Shown one piece after another: positions 17,421-26,051 of a stretch of DNA of 26,151 nt. A model generated the notes under the pieces. It was not told where the DNA came from and searched no databases. It worked only from the letters and a program-made list of their open reading frames with translations. How positions within the stretch are numbered: position 1 is the first letter of the stretch; each line of letters starts with the position of its first letter. Source of the DNA: a virus (lineage: Duplodnaviria > Caudoviricetes); IMG/VR virus record IMGVR_UViG_3300025673_000016, positions 1 to 26,151 of that record; one strand, given 5' to 3'. A program made the translations under genes and the position numbers.

Positions 17421-17623
17421 AGTTACCACGACCACCAAGCACCTACTCGGCGCAACATGAGCATCAACGCAACTTGCTAATCGAACTCGATGCTCAGAGC
17501 AACTTGAAGAGCAATCGAGATATCGAAGTTGGCGATGGAAGGCTAATTTTAACTTCTGCTAACGGAACGCGCTATGCACTTTCAGTTAGCAACGCTGGAA
17601 CACTATCGACGGTGGTTGTGTGA
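17417..17623 (+). CDS. Small tail-associated protein
   Basis: Overlapping start/stop with neighbours; LILTSANGTRYALSVSNAGTL. Confidence 0.7.
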   Translation: MKLPRPPSTYSAQHEHQRNLLIELDAQSNLKSNRDIEVGDGRLILTSANGTRYALSVSNAGTLSTVVV

Positions 17624-18033
17624 GGTTACTCGAAGTCCCCACTACCCATGTCCACCAAGCGTGGCCGAAGATGGTGCCATTTCTGGAAGATGTCGCGCCA
17701 CACGGCAACGGCGAGGGGTCGGTTGAGCAATCAAAAGTATCACTGATCAATGGTAGTAGCACAGCGATCATTGTGATTGATTTATCCGGTGAGACAATCG
17801 GCGTGATCGTGGGTGAATGGAAAATGACCCCGGGCAAGCGGATCTTTTTTATCACTGCGTGGGCGGGCAGTAATGCTATGCCGGATGAGCTGTATGAAGA
17901 TGTCGAAAAGTGGGTTAAGAAGAACGGTGGCACGGCAATGCAATGTGCCGTCAGGGACTCGATGGGTAGGATGTTAAAACAACGATGGAAATATGCGAAA
18001 GTTTACACAATATTTGAAAAGGAAATAGTATGA
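17620..18033 (+). CDS. GNAT-fold-like protein (P22 gp14 / T7 gp13 position)
   Basis: 137 aa between the nozzle and the first ejection protein; alternating beta/alpha pattern. Confidence 0.55.
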   Translation: MRLLEVPTTHVHQAWPKMVPFLEDVAPHGNGEGSVEQSKVSLINGSSTAIIVIDLSGETIGVIVGEWKMTPGKRIFFITAWAGSNAMPDELYEDVEKWVKKNGGTAMQCAVRDSMGRMLKQRWKYAKVYTIFEKEIV

Positions 18034-18947
18034 AAATGCTGAAGAAATCAATCTACACTCTGCTCCCTTCGTTAGCATTTCTGACGTTCAGAGGTAAGGG
18101 GAGTGGTGGGGGTAGTTCACACAGCGTCACCAAACAGGAACTGGACCCAGATGTAAAAAAGAAGTGGTTGGCGATGTATGACACCGCTGAAGATGTCGCA
18201 GATAGAGAATATGTCCCATATACCGGTGACATGATTGCCGGGTTTGACCCGCTGCAAACCAAAGGTTTTGGAATGTATGAAAGTGCGGTGGGTACTGGAG
18301 CGGATGCTCTGTCCCGTGCAATTTCAACAGCTAACACCTCCGCTGGATACACACCGGACACCGTGAACACCCGAACGATGGGATCGACTTTTGAAGATTA
18401 TCTTAATCCATATACTGGTGAAGTTATCGATACAACCATGCAAGACATGGAAAGGCAGCGGCAGATGGCAATGGGAAATATCGCGGGATCGGCCCAAGCA
18501 GCTAACGCTTTTGGCGGGAGTCGGCATGGCATTGCGGAGTCTGAAACTAACCGAGGGTTCGCTGACGAAATGGGGCAGATCTCAGCTCAACTTAGGGACC
18601 AAGGATTTAACACGGCAATGCAAGGCTTTATGGGCGATTCAGCTTTGATGCAGCAAGGTGATATAGCTAACCAAGCGGCGGGTCTTGATGCGAATAAACA
18701 GTCGCAGTCTGCGTCTGCGTTACTCGCGGCGCTGTCTGGTCAGGAGCGAGATCAAGCGTTTGGTGATGCACAGATGATGGTCGATCTAGGGGCCGAGCAA
18801 CAGGGTATGGCTCAATCGGAACTAGACTTGGCCTACCAAAAGTTCACCGAAGAACAGGACCATCCACTGCGGCAGTTGGAAACATTGATGTCGGCCTACG
18901 GCATATCTCCTCAACTGTCTGGAACTACCACCACAACGAAAAGCTGA
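18030..18947 (+). CDS. Ejection (DNA transfer) protein, P22 gp7-like
   Basis: Leader then GKGSGGGS; YLNPYT, AFGGSRHG; A/Q/G-rich helical composition. Confidence 0.7.
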   Translation: MKMLKKSIYTLLPSLAFLTFRGKGSGGGSSHSVTKQELDPDVKKKWLAMYDTAEDVADREYVPYTGDMIAGFDPLQTKGFGMYESAVGTGADALSRAISTANTSAGYTPDTVNTRTMGSTFEDYLNPYTGEVIDTTMQDMERQRQMAMGNIAGSAQAANAFGGSRHGIAESETNRGFADEMGQISAQLRDQGFNTAMQGFMGDSALMQQGDIANQAAGLDANKQSQSASALLAALSGQERDQAFGDAQMMVDLGAEQQGMAQSELDLAYQKFTEEQDHPLRQLETLMSAYGISPQLSGTTTTTKS

Positions 18948-19390
18948 TGAGTGACTTAGCGCTAAAAGATAAGATCCTTGAGCTAGAGGATAAAATCGCG
19001 GCGATGCCGCAGGTCGAGGGGAGGGTGGATCACATCTTCTCCGATGGTCTGTACGCTCGAACGCTTTATATTCCAGCGGGGTCAGTGCTTACTGGGAAGG
19101 TCCATAAACGTGACCACATCAACTTTCTGATGAAAGGCACCATTAGGGTGATGACTGATGAGGGTATGAAATTACTGGAAGCACCCCAAATCATCTCATC
19201 GAAGAAGGGAATAAAAAGAGCTGGGTTCGCTATCTCAGACACGGAATGGACCACAATTCACGCGACTACGGCTACCGATGTGGAGACAGCAGAGGAGGAG
19301 TTGGTGGAAGAGGGCAGACCGCATATACTGAAATTACTGGATGAACAGAAATCTGTTCATAGACAAAAGGAAATAGGAGAAGAATCATGA
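18947..19390 (+). CDS. Cupin-fold protein
   Basis: HIFSDGLYARTLYIPAGSVLTGKVHKRDH...KRAG...WTTIH cupin-like pattern. Confidence 0.7.
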   Translation: MSDLALKDKILELEDKIAAMPQVEGRVDHIFSDGLYARTLYIPAGSVLTGKVHKRDHINFLMKGTIRVMTDEGMKLLEAPQIISSKKGIKRAGFAISDTEWTTIHATTATDVETAEEELVEEGRPHILKLLDEQKSVHRQKEIGEES

Positions 19391-20058
19391 GTTTTGGATT
19401 AACAATGGCTGGTGTAAGTAGTTTTCTTGCTCCTATGGTAGTTCCCGCGCTAACGGGTGCTGGGGTTGGGTTAGCGTCCGGCGCTCTCAGTGGCGACGGA
19501 TTTAGTGATGACGACTGGTGGCAGAATATGCTGTTAGGTCTTGGAACTGGAGCTGCGGCGGGTGCGTTCAGCGGAGCCGGACCCATGTCTGGAAAGATAG
19601 AAGGTCTGCTTGGTGGTAAATCTATGACAGGATCACAGCTCGGTGCTAATTTAGGAACTGGCCCAGCACATATATCGAGCTATGCAAATAACCCTGCCGC
19701 AGCCAAGTTCATAGATCCAAGCATGGTTACCGAATCTGGCATGGATTACACCGGAATGTGGAACAACGTCAACAGCGCTGGAGAATATATTGGCACGAAC
19801 CCAGATCTTATCGGCCAAGGTGGAGGGATGTTCGGAAGCATGATGCCTTCTAAAGACACTATGGTGAAAGGATTACTCGGATCACAGATTCTCAAAGGCA
19901 TGACGAAACAAGATCCAAAACCCGCAGCACAACAAGCTCGGATATCACCTATCAGTAAGGCGGGAGCGCCGATGAAGTTATCTCGCCGAGGCGGTCAACC
20001 CGGTGGAGCTTTCATGGGTGGTGGACCAAGAGGACCGTTAGGATCAAGGAGATATTAG
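19387..20058 (+). CDS. Gly-rich putative ejection/membrane-active virion protein
   Basis: Glycine-zipper hydrophobic N-terminus; two GLL motifs; GGAG RBS. Confidence 0.6.
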   Translation: MSFGLTMAGVSSFLAPMVVPALTGAGVGLASGALSGDGFSDDDWWQNMLLGLGTGAAAGAFSGAGPMSGKIEGLLGGKSMTGSQLGANLGTGPAHISSYANNPAAAKFIDPSMVTESGMDYTGMWNNVNSAGEYIGTNPDLIGQGGGMFGSMMPSKDTMVKGLLGSQILKGMTKQDPKPAAQQARISPISKAGAPMKLSRRGGQPGGAFMGGGPRGPLGSRRY

Positions 20059-20060
20059 AA

Positions 20061-21221
20061 ATGGGATTACTCGATATGTTCGGTGGTAGTGATGCCGCAC
20101 CAACGCCAACCGGTGGAGGGATGTTTGATGCCTACTCCCCACAGAATCAAACTAACCTACAGATGGCAATGCTGGCTGATATCGTGGGCAACGTTATGGG
20201 CAAAGACGTTAACGCCATGCAGACTGCCATGCCACTGGTTGAGAACGCGAGGAAGTTGCGGTTGCAGAATGAGCAACGAACTGCTATTTCTAACGCATTA
20301 TCTGGAGCAAACCCCGCTATGCAAGCACTAGCTCAAAGCTACCCTCAAGCGTTTGCTCAGGGACTGGCCACCAACATGAACAGGGATAGTTTCCGGCCAG
20401 CGACGCAAGCGGAAATAGACTCGCTAGGGTTGACGTTAAAACCAGGTCAGTTACTACAGGTAAACTCTCGGACAGGGCAGTACGACATTAAGGGTGGCGC
20501 TGGTATGTCTATTAACAACTTCCCTAAAAACCAGCTATCCGATGTCTTCGGCGGGCAGATTAAGACCGCGATGGATGCGGGAGCTGAGAGCGGTGACAGC
20601 GCAAGGCAGTCACTCCCGATGATTAACAACATGATTGACCTTCTTGGGTCGGGCAGATTTGACACAGGAATGGGGGCAGAGTATGCGCTAGATGCAAAAA
20701 GAGCATTTCAAACCCTCGGATTTGATGTTGATGCCGAAGCTATTGCTAACGCTGAATCGTTCGTTGGTCAGTCTAATAAGATCATCCTACCGGAAGTTAA
20801 ACTATTGGGTGTTAACCCTACAGATAAGGATTTGGATTTCATCGTCAAAGGCTCACCAGATTTGTCTAAATCTAAACGAGGCAATATGTTGATGTTGAAA
20901 GCCTTACAGATTTCCAAGCAGCGTGCGATTGCGATGCAAGATCATATGGAGAATTGGCTAGAGAATGAGGGGGTTAAGTTTCAACACCCTGGTGCCTTCC
21001 TAGTAGGGCGGAATAAGGCCAGAAGATCATTTAACAATAACCCATTCAATGAAGCTATAAGTTCGTTGCGTAGCAGTGTGAATGCCGAGGTTAAAAGTGG
21101 TAAGGGTAATGAGAGTGGCAACGCCGCTACTGGCCGCCACACATCACACAACCCAAACACAGGGGAAACGGCTGAGTGGGACGGTACTAAATGGGTTCGT
21201 ACTACAGGGGGTGGTCAATGA
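20061..21221 (+). CDS. Ejection (internal virion) protein
   Basis: Starts MGLLD; helical; GVNPTDKDLDFI...PDLSKS; ends NPNTGETAEWDGTKWV. Confidence 0.65.
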   Translation: MGLLDMFGGSDAAPTPTGGGMFDAYSPQNQTNLQMAMLADIVGNVMGKDVNAMQTAMPLVENARKLRLQNEQRTAISNALSGANPAMQALAQSYPQAFAQGLATNMNRDSFRPATQAEIDSLGLTLKPGQLLQVNSRTGQYDIKGGAGMSINNFPKNQLSDVFGGQIKTAMDAGAESGDSARQSLPMINNMIDLLGSGRFDTGMGAEYALDAKRAFQTLGFDVDAEAIANAESFVGQSNKIILPEVKLLGVNPTDKDLDFIVKGSPDLSKSKRGNMLMLKALQISKQRAIAMQDHMENWLENEGVKFQHPGAFLVGRNKARRSFNNNPFNEAISSLRSSVNAEVKSGKGNESGNAATGRHTSHNPNTGETAEWDGTKWVRTTGGGQ

Positions 21222-23215
21222 GTAAAATCCCAGAACCACCAGAGGGGTTTGTCTTAGATAGTAAAATCCCAGATCCACCAGAGGGGTTCTTACTAGATAA
21301 TATCGAAGACCCTTACGGACCAATCCGTACAGGTTTGCAAGGTCCAACGCTCGGATTTAGCGACGACATCTATGGAACCTATAGAGGGTTTACTGATGAT
21401 GAGCTTATAGCGAGAGCAAAGGCGAAGGGAGTTAGTCCGACAGAACTAGGTCGAGAAGAGGAATACAACAAGCTCCGCGCCTACCAAGATAAGTATCCTG
21501 GTAAAGCTCTCGGTGAAGAAGCGCTGGCATCATTCGCTACGCCAGCTATAGGACAGATAGCTGGAATACCTCGTTGGATGAATATATTAAACCGGACTAA
21601 TAAATTAATTCGAGACAACCCTGTTGCCTCGGCAACTGGATTAGCTGGTGTGGCTGGCGCTGGGCATAGCGAGCCTGGTGGTGAAAATATCGTGCAGGAC
21701 ACGTTAACAAGTGCGGGTCTAGGTGGAGCGCTTCAGACCGGAATGAAGGTGGTAGGTGCCGCAGCACCAGTGGCCGGTGAATATCTCAGCGCTGCGATAG
21801 CTCCAAAAGCGTGGGCAAAACATACTGGTGGGCGAAGAGGAAGAAACGCTGTTCGACAGTCACTTAATAACGATGGTGTTGCCGATATCAGCGCTCATAT
21901 CGAAGATCTAATCAGATCGAAAAAACCACTAACATTAGCCGACAAGAACCCGAACACACTTGGGTTAGTCGATGTCACTAAGAACCACCCAGGGCCTGGC
22001 AGAACCGCGATAACTGAGCATCTTGACCAACGCGACAAGATGTCACTAAGTCGCCTCAATGCCGACGTTGACGAGGTAGCGGGTAAGGGAAGCTATTACG
22101 ACACTATGCAATCGATGATTGCGTCTAGGAAAGGTAGGGCTAACGAACATTATACAAGAGCCTACGAACAGCAGATCCCGGTTAACGATGAACTTGTCAG
22201 CATACTGCGAACACCGGCTGGGAAAAAGGCGTTAAAAGATAGTTACAAGTTAGCGGGTAACGAGCGTATGAACTTACCGAGGGTCAGGTTTACTGATGAT
22301 GGGAAGTTAGTGACTGAACAGGGTGGTAGGATCGTTGCCATCGATACTCGTCACCTAGATTTCATTAAGAAGTCACTGGATCACGACATCGGGAAGAAGC
22401 TGGGTTTCGCCTCCGGCGAAAGTGGTTCAAGCAATACTAGAGCTGTTATAGAGCTAAAGAACAAGTTACTGGATATTATGGATGAAGTTAATCCAAACTA
22501 TAAAACTGCGCGTAACATCTTTGCGGGAGATAAATCGATAGAGAACGCTATGGAAAGTGGGAGAACCATTCTAAGCGAAGAGTTCCCAGAACACGTTCGA
22601 GATATGGTTAAGGTTATGTCGGAATCTGAAAAGACAGCATATCGCATGGGCGCGATGAGTGCGATCCGCGATAAGTTCGGTGGATTCGTAGAGGGTGCCA
22701 CTGTTACGAATATGGCGGGGAACAAAGCCTACAATCTACTGAAGAACAATAAGGGCGTTCAATCCATCAGGGAAACATTTCCTAGCGGGGATCCTGGCAC
22801 CAAACAGTTTAATAGTTTTATGAAAAAGCTCGGCGACGAGATGGATATGAAGCGTACACACTCGCGGGTAATGGCTGGTAGTCAGACTGCGGAAAGACTC
22901 GCTAACGAGGCTAATTTACTCCCCAACATCCAACCCAAACCACTAGCGCAGTTTCTTGAAAATCTAAATCCTGGTTGGCGACAAGGTGCCAAGAATAATG
23001 AGATGAGCGAGATAGCTAGAATGTTGACCACAGATGCGCTAGATCCCGCCGGACTAAGAGCGCTAGGTAAGCAGTTGGGGGGAGCTGAGTCAAACACTTG
23101 GATGGACCCGATGGGTAGACTGCTAAAACCTGGCAGTGTCGGACTATCTGCCAACACTGCTGGAATGATGGCCCCATCAGCGTCGCAGGGGCTGTTAGAT
23201 TTGATAAACAGGTAA
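21218..23215 (+). CDS. Large ejection (internal virion) protein
   Basis: ATGA overlap favours a start at 21218; QGPTLGFSDDI, NPNYKTARNIFAG, GSQTAER; ends GLLDLINR. Confidence 0.7.
   Translation: MSKIPEPPEGFVLDSKIPDPPEGFLLDNIEDPYGPIRTGLQGPTLGFSDDIYGTYRGFTDDELIARAKAKGVSPTELGREEEYNKLRAYQDKYPGKALGEEALASFATPAIGQIAGIPRWMNILNRTNKLIRDNPVASATGLAGVAGAGHSEPGGENIVQDTLTSAGLGGALQTGMKVVGAAAPVAGEYLSAAIAPKAWAKHTGGRRGRNAVRQSLNNDGVADISAHIEDLIRSKKPLTLADKNPNTLGLVDVTKNHPGPGRTAITEHLDQRDKMSLSRLNADVDEVAGKGSYYDTMQSMIASRKGRANEHYTRAYEQQIPVNDELVSILRTPAGKKALKDSYKLAGNERMNLPRVRFTDDGKLVTEQGGRIVAIDTRHLDFIKKSLDHDIGKKLGFASGESGSSNTRAVIELKNKLLDIMDEVNPNYKTARNIFAGDKSIENAMESGRTILSEEFPEHVRDMVKVMSESEKTAYRMGAMSAIRDKFGGFVEGATVTNMAGNKAYNLLKNNKGVQSIRETFPSGDPGTKQFNSFMKKLGDEMDMKRTHSRVMAGSQTAERLANEANLLPNIQPKPLAQFLENLNPGWRQGAKNNEMSEIARMLTTDALDPAGLRALGKQLGGAESNTWMDPMGRLLKPGSVGLSANTAGMMAPSASQGLLDLINR
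21221..21298 (+). repeat. 39-bp in-frame tandem duplication
   Basis: Encodes SKIPEPPEGFVLD / SKIPDPPEGFLLD. Confidence 0.9.
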
Positions 23216-23219
23216 ATAA

Positions 23220-23495
23220 ATGGATAAAACGACAACAACTTTAGGGATAATTATGAGCGCTGGAGTTTCAATTATTACCATGTCGATAGGGGCGTTGCTT
23301 TGGGCGGATGCTAGATATGTTTCTGCTGAGACTTTTGAACAGGCTCAGACTCAGACGCAAAAAGAGTTCAGCAACATTCGTAAAAACGATCTGGAGGACA
23401 AGATATTTGAGCTTCAACTGCTCGATAATCCAAGCAATCTTGACAAGGCGAAAATAGACCGATACCAGAGACAACTAGATGAGTTAATGCGATGA
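23220..23495 (+). CDS. Membrane-anchored coiled-coil protein (lysis region)
   Basis: N-terminal hydrophobic helix then coiled coil. Confidence 0.65.
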   Translation: MDKTTTTLGIIMSAGVSIITMSIGALLWADARYVSAETFEQAQTQTQKEFSNIRKNDLEDKIFELQLLDNPSNLDKAKIDRYQRQLDELMR

Positions 23496-23680
23496 GTACA
23501 CCGGAGAAATGTAGCGAAATGGAAACCATATTAAAAGTTCACAGGAGTCGAATTGACGACTTAGATAAAATGCTCAGTAGTATCAATACGCAATTGATCC
23601 AAATAAAAGCATGCGTATATGGGGCGCTAGGATATGCGGTCGCCACACAGCTAGGCGTTATCGAAGCGATTAAGTTGTGA
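23492..23680 (+). CDS. Small coiled-coil plus C-terminal TM protein (XhlA/holin-like)
   Basis: 62 aa; heptad N-terminus, hydrophobic C-terminus. Confidence 0.55.
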   Translation: MSTPEKCSEMETILKVHRSRIDDLDKMLSSINTQLIQIKACVYGALGYAVATQLGVIEAIKL

Positions 23681-23800
23681 GTGAGCTACTACTTCTTCAG
23701 ATTCCCAATTTTAATTATATTGTTAGCAGTAGCCGCAGTAATAGTGCTGATAGCGATAGGTATATACGAGATGTTTTATGTCATTCAAGATTATCTTTGA
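23681..23800 (+). CDS. 39-aa single-TM peptide (not in ORF track)
   Basis: GTG start; MSYYFFRFPILIILLAVAAVIVLIAIGIYEMFYVIQDYL*. Confidence 0.45.
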   Translation: MSYYFFRFPILIILLAVAAVIVLIAIGIYEMFYVIQDYL

Positions 23801-23888
23801 TCTACTCACATTTATAGCGTTAGCCGTTGCGGCTGCATCTGTCGCCACATGGCTATTGCACCATTGGTTAGGAGTATATTATGTTTAA
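23778..23888 (+). CDS. 36-aa single-TM peptide (not in ORF track)
   Basis: MSFKIIFDLLTFIALAVAAASVATWLLHHWLGVYYV*; overlaps both neighbours. Confidence 0.45.
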   Translation: MSFKIIFDLLTFIALAVAAASVATWLLHHWLGVYYV

Positions 23889-24249
23889 AAATAAGTTAAA
23901 GATTGAAGCAGTACCAAGGGAAGATGCTTATTTACTTACCAGTCGTCTCTCATACATTACCTCGCTTGGGGATAAAATTATCATCCCTAAACATTTTAAA
24001 ACCAACTTCGCGTCAGTTCCGCGCCTAGCTAAGTTCTACATCGATGATGATGACTGGCAGATCAGAGCGCCCTCTGTAGTTCATGACTATTTATATAGCG
24101 CTGAGTCAGCAGAATTAGGCTTTACCAGAAAACAGGCAGACGAAGTGCTGCTTGAAGCGATGATGGGTTTAGGGATGCGTAAAACCAAAGCATTGCTCAT
24201 CTATTTCGTACTAAGATTATTCGGGGGTCCAAATTATGAAGCACGATAG
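23881..24249 (+). CDS. DUF1353 family protein
   Basis: IPKHFKTNFASVPR...SVVHDYLY...RKQADEVLLEAM...LRLFG signature. Confidence 0.85.
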   Translation: MFKNKLKIEAVPREDAYLLTSRLSYITSLGDKIIIPKHFKTNFASVPRLAKFYIDDDDWQIRAPSVVHDYLYSAESAELGFTRKQADEVLLEAMMGLGMRKTKALLIYFVLRLFGGPNYEAR

Positions 24250-24466
24250 CATCACGTTGCCAAGCTGGTTCAATTTATTGCTCATTATGTTGATAGCGAT
24301 ACCGCTGCTTACTGCCTGTTCAGCCGCAACAACCATAGCAAACGGAGCCGACTTTGCCGTGTCCAAATATTGCAAGATTCCCAGTGCTGGGCGAACAGCA
24401 GTACGAGCGGCAGTGGGTCGCGCTGTGTCTCCAAATAGAATTGAGATAACCTGTGCAAAAGATTAG
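24236..24466 (+). CDS. Lipoprotein (possible spanin-like)
   Basis: Signal peptide with lipobox LTAC; located in the lysis cassette. Confidence 0.6.
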   Translation: MKHDSITLPSWFNLLLIMLIAIPLLTACSAATTIANGADFAVSKYCKIPSAGRTAVRAAVGRAVSPNRIEITCAKD

Positions 24467-24824
24467 CCAGCATTTCGCCAGAAGCGAGTTCGCTTGTCAG
24501 TGCGGAAACTGTCCACAGTCGCAAGATCCTACGGTTGATGTGACGTTGATTCAGATACTGGAAGAATTGCGACGGCATTTTAACGCCCCTATAACCGTCA
24601 CCTCCGGTGTCAGATGTAAATCACATAATGCTTCAGTAGGGGGATCAGTTTTTTCCAAGCATCTCGAAGGAAAAGCAGCAGACGTTTTACTGAAAGGGGT
24701 AACGCCGGACAGGGTTTATGATTACTTAGTTGATCGGTATCCAGGGTATGGTTTTGGTAAATATGAGACCTTCACACACATCGATAGTCGTGGGTTAAAA
24801 GGGAGATGGGAAGTGAAGGGCTAA
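24453..24824 (+). CDS. Peptidase M15 family endolysin
   Basis: HFARSEFACQCG, VTSGVRCKSHNASVGG..SKHLEGKAAD, FTHIDSR. Confidence 0.9.
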   Translation: MQKISQHFARSEFACQCGNCPQSQDPTVDVTLIQILEELRRHFNAPITVTSGVRCKSHNASVGGSVFSKHLEGKAADVLLKGVTPDRVYDYLVDRYPGYGFGKYETFTHIDSRGLKGRWEVKG

Positions 24825-24828
24825 AAAC

Positions 24829-25070
24829 TTTACTTCTAATTTACTTCATAAAAACCTTACTTCACTTTTACTTCAGTACCCTCGTCAGCCCAGTAAACTC
24901 AAGGCGTGACGGTGTCTCCCATGAGCTTTGAACGTGTTATGTGCGTTTATGGGTATTAGTGGGTATTTGTAGTAAAAACAAGCACTTAGCCTGATCTACC
25001 AGCAGCTCCATTTGTGTTTTTCGTTGCAAAACTGGGTAAAAAGCGATATGGTTTACTTCAGATTTACTTC
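24829..25070. mobile_element. attP region: arm-type repeats flanking a tRNA-like core
   Basis: (T/C)TTACTTC at 24829, 24840, 24856, 24867, 25052 and 25063 (three pairs, 11-bp period); core 24911-24933; IHF-like AAACAAGCACTTA near 24976; adjacent to the integrase. Confidence 0.75.
24911..24933 (-). other. tRNA 3'-end fragment (putative att core)
   Basis: Minus strand G-TTCAAAG-CTCAT-GGGAGAC-A-CC parses as T-loop, T-stem, acceptor strand, discriminator, CC. Confidence 0.6.
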
Positions 25071-25085
25071 AGGTGGGGATCTGAA

Positions 25086-26051
25086 ATGGCTAATTTTACC
25101 AAGGTCGGTAGGCGATACCGTGCCTCAGTGTGCGTGAATGGAATTAGGAAATCAAGGAGCTTTCGGACTAAGACAGAAGCGAGAGGCTGGGCGTTGCAAA
25201 CTGAGATAGAAATAGATACTGGTGTGGGTGATCCGACGCATTATCTCTTTGAAGATGCGCTGATTCGATATCGTGATGAGGTGACGGTACTCAAAAAAGG
25301 TAAGAAGCAAGAGGGTGATCGAATCAATGCGATGCTACGCCTTCCATTGGCACAGATGCGGCTCGACGATATTACCAGCGATGATCTTGGTAAGTACCGT
25401 GATGAGCGGTTAAAGATCAACGGTGGTGGGACCGTTAATCGTGAGCTGAGTCTGATGTCAGTAATATTCAATCGCGCTAGGATCGAATGGAAGTGGGTCG
25501 AGAAGAATCCAATATCAGATGTGACCCGCCCCAAGAATCCAAGGCCCAGAGATCAACGGATTAACGATGACGAGATCCAGCGGGTGTGTGACGCTTTGGG
25601 TTATGCCGGTGGTGAGATAAATAGTTCTACCGATCTGGTCGCCGTGCTGTTTCTTCTAGCTATCGAAACCGCGATGAGGCTGGGTGAGTTGTGTGCGGTG
25701 GTGCCGAGTAGTGTACATTTGAGTGACCGGTACGTCGAAGTGACCGATTCTAAAAACGGTGATAAAAGGAAAGTACCACTATCAAAGAAGGCTGGTGATC
25801 TTTTTGGCAAGGTCATCCACGCTCAAATGAAGATCACTTCAGCCACTGCCGGAGCAATTTACCGTCAGCATCGAGGTGCAGCAGACATGGACCACTTTAA
25901 CTTCCACGACACACGGCACGAAGCGATCACTAGGCTCGCTCAGAAACTGGACGTACTGGACCTCGCCCGGATGATCGGGCATCGAGATCCTAAATCACTG
26001 ATGATCTACTACAATGCAACGCCGAGCGAAATTGCTAGTCGGCTTGATTGA
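25086..26051 (+). CDS. int: Tyrosine recombinase / phage integrase (Rci/HP1-like)
   Basis: Catalytic set TAMRLGE (R), SKNG (K), HDTRH (HxxR), IGH, IYY; short arm-binding N-terminus; ATG 25086 preferred over GTG 25014. Confidence 0.92.
   Translation: MANFTKVGRRYRASVCVNGIRKSRSFRTKTEARGWALQTEIEIDTGVGDPTHYLFEDALIRYRDEVTVLKKGKKQEGDRINAMLRLPLAQMRLDDITSDDLGKYRDERLKINGGGTVNRELSLMSVIFNRARIEWKWVEKNPISDVTRPKNPRPRDQRINDDEIQRVCDALGYAGGEINSSTDLVAVLFLLAIETAMRLGELCAVVPSSVHLSDRYVEVTDSKNGDKRKVPLSKKAGDLFGKVIHAQMKITSATAGAIYRQHRGAADMDHFNFHDTRHEAITRLAQKLDVLDLARMIGHRDPKSLMIYYNATPSEIASRLD

Noticed and set aside
24860-25000. Complete tRNA gene
   Set aside because: Only the T-loop to acceptor 3' strand is present; no D or anticodon arms and no matching 5' strand.
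25086-26051. Shufflon acting on tail fibres (Rci-like recombinase)
   Set aside because: I saw no inverted sfx-like repeats or inverted fibre cassettes; the adjacent attP explains the enzyme as an integrase.
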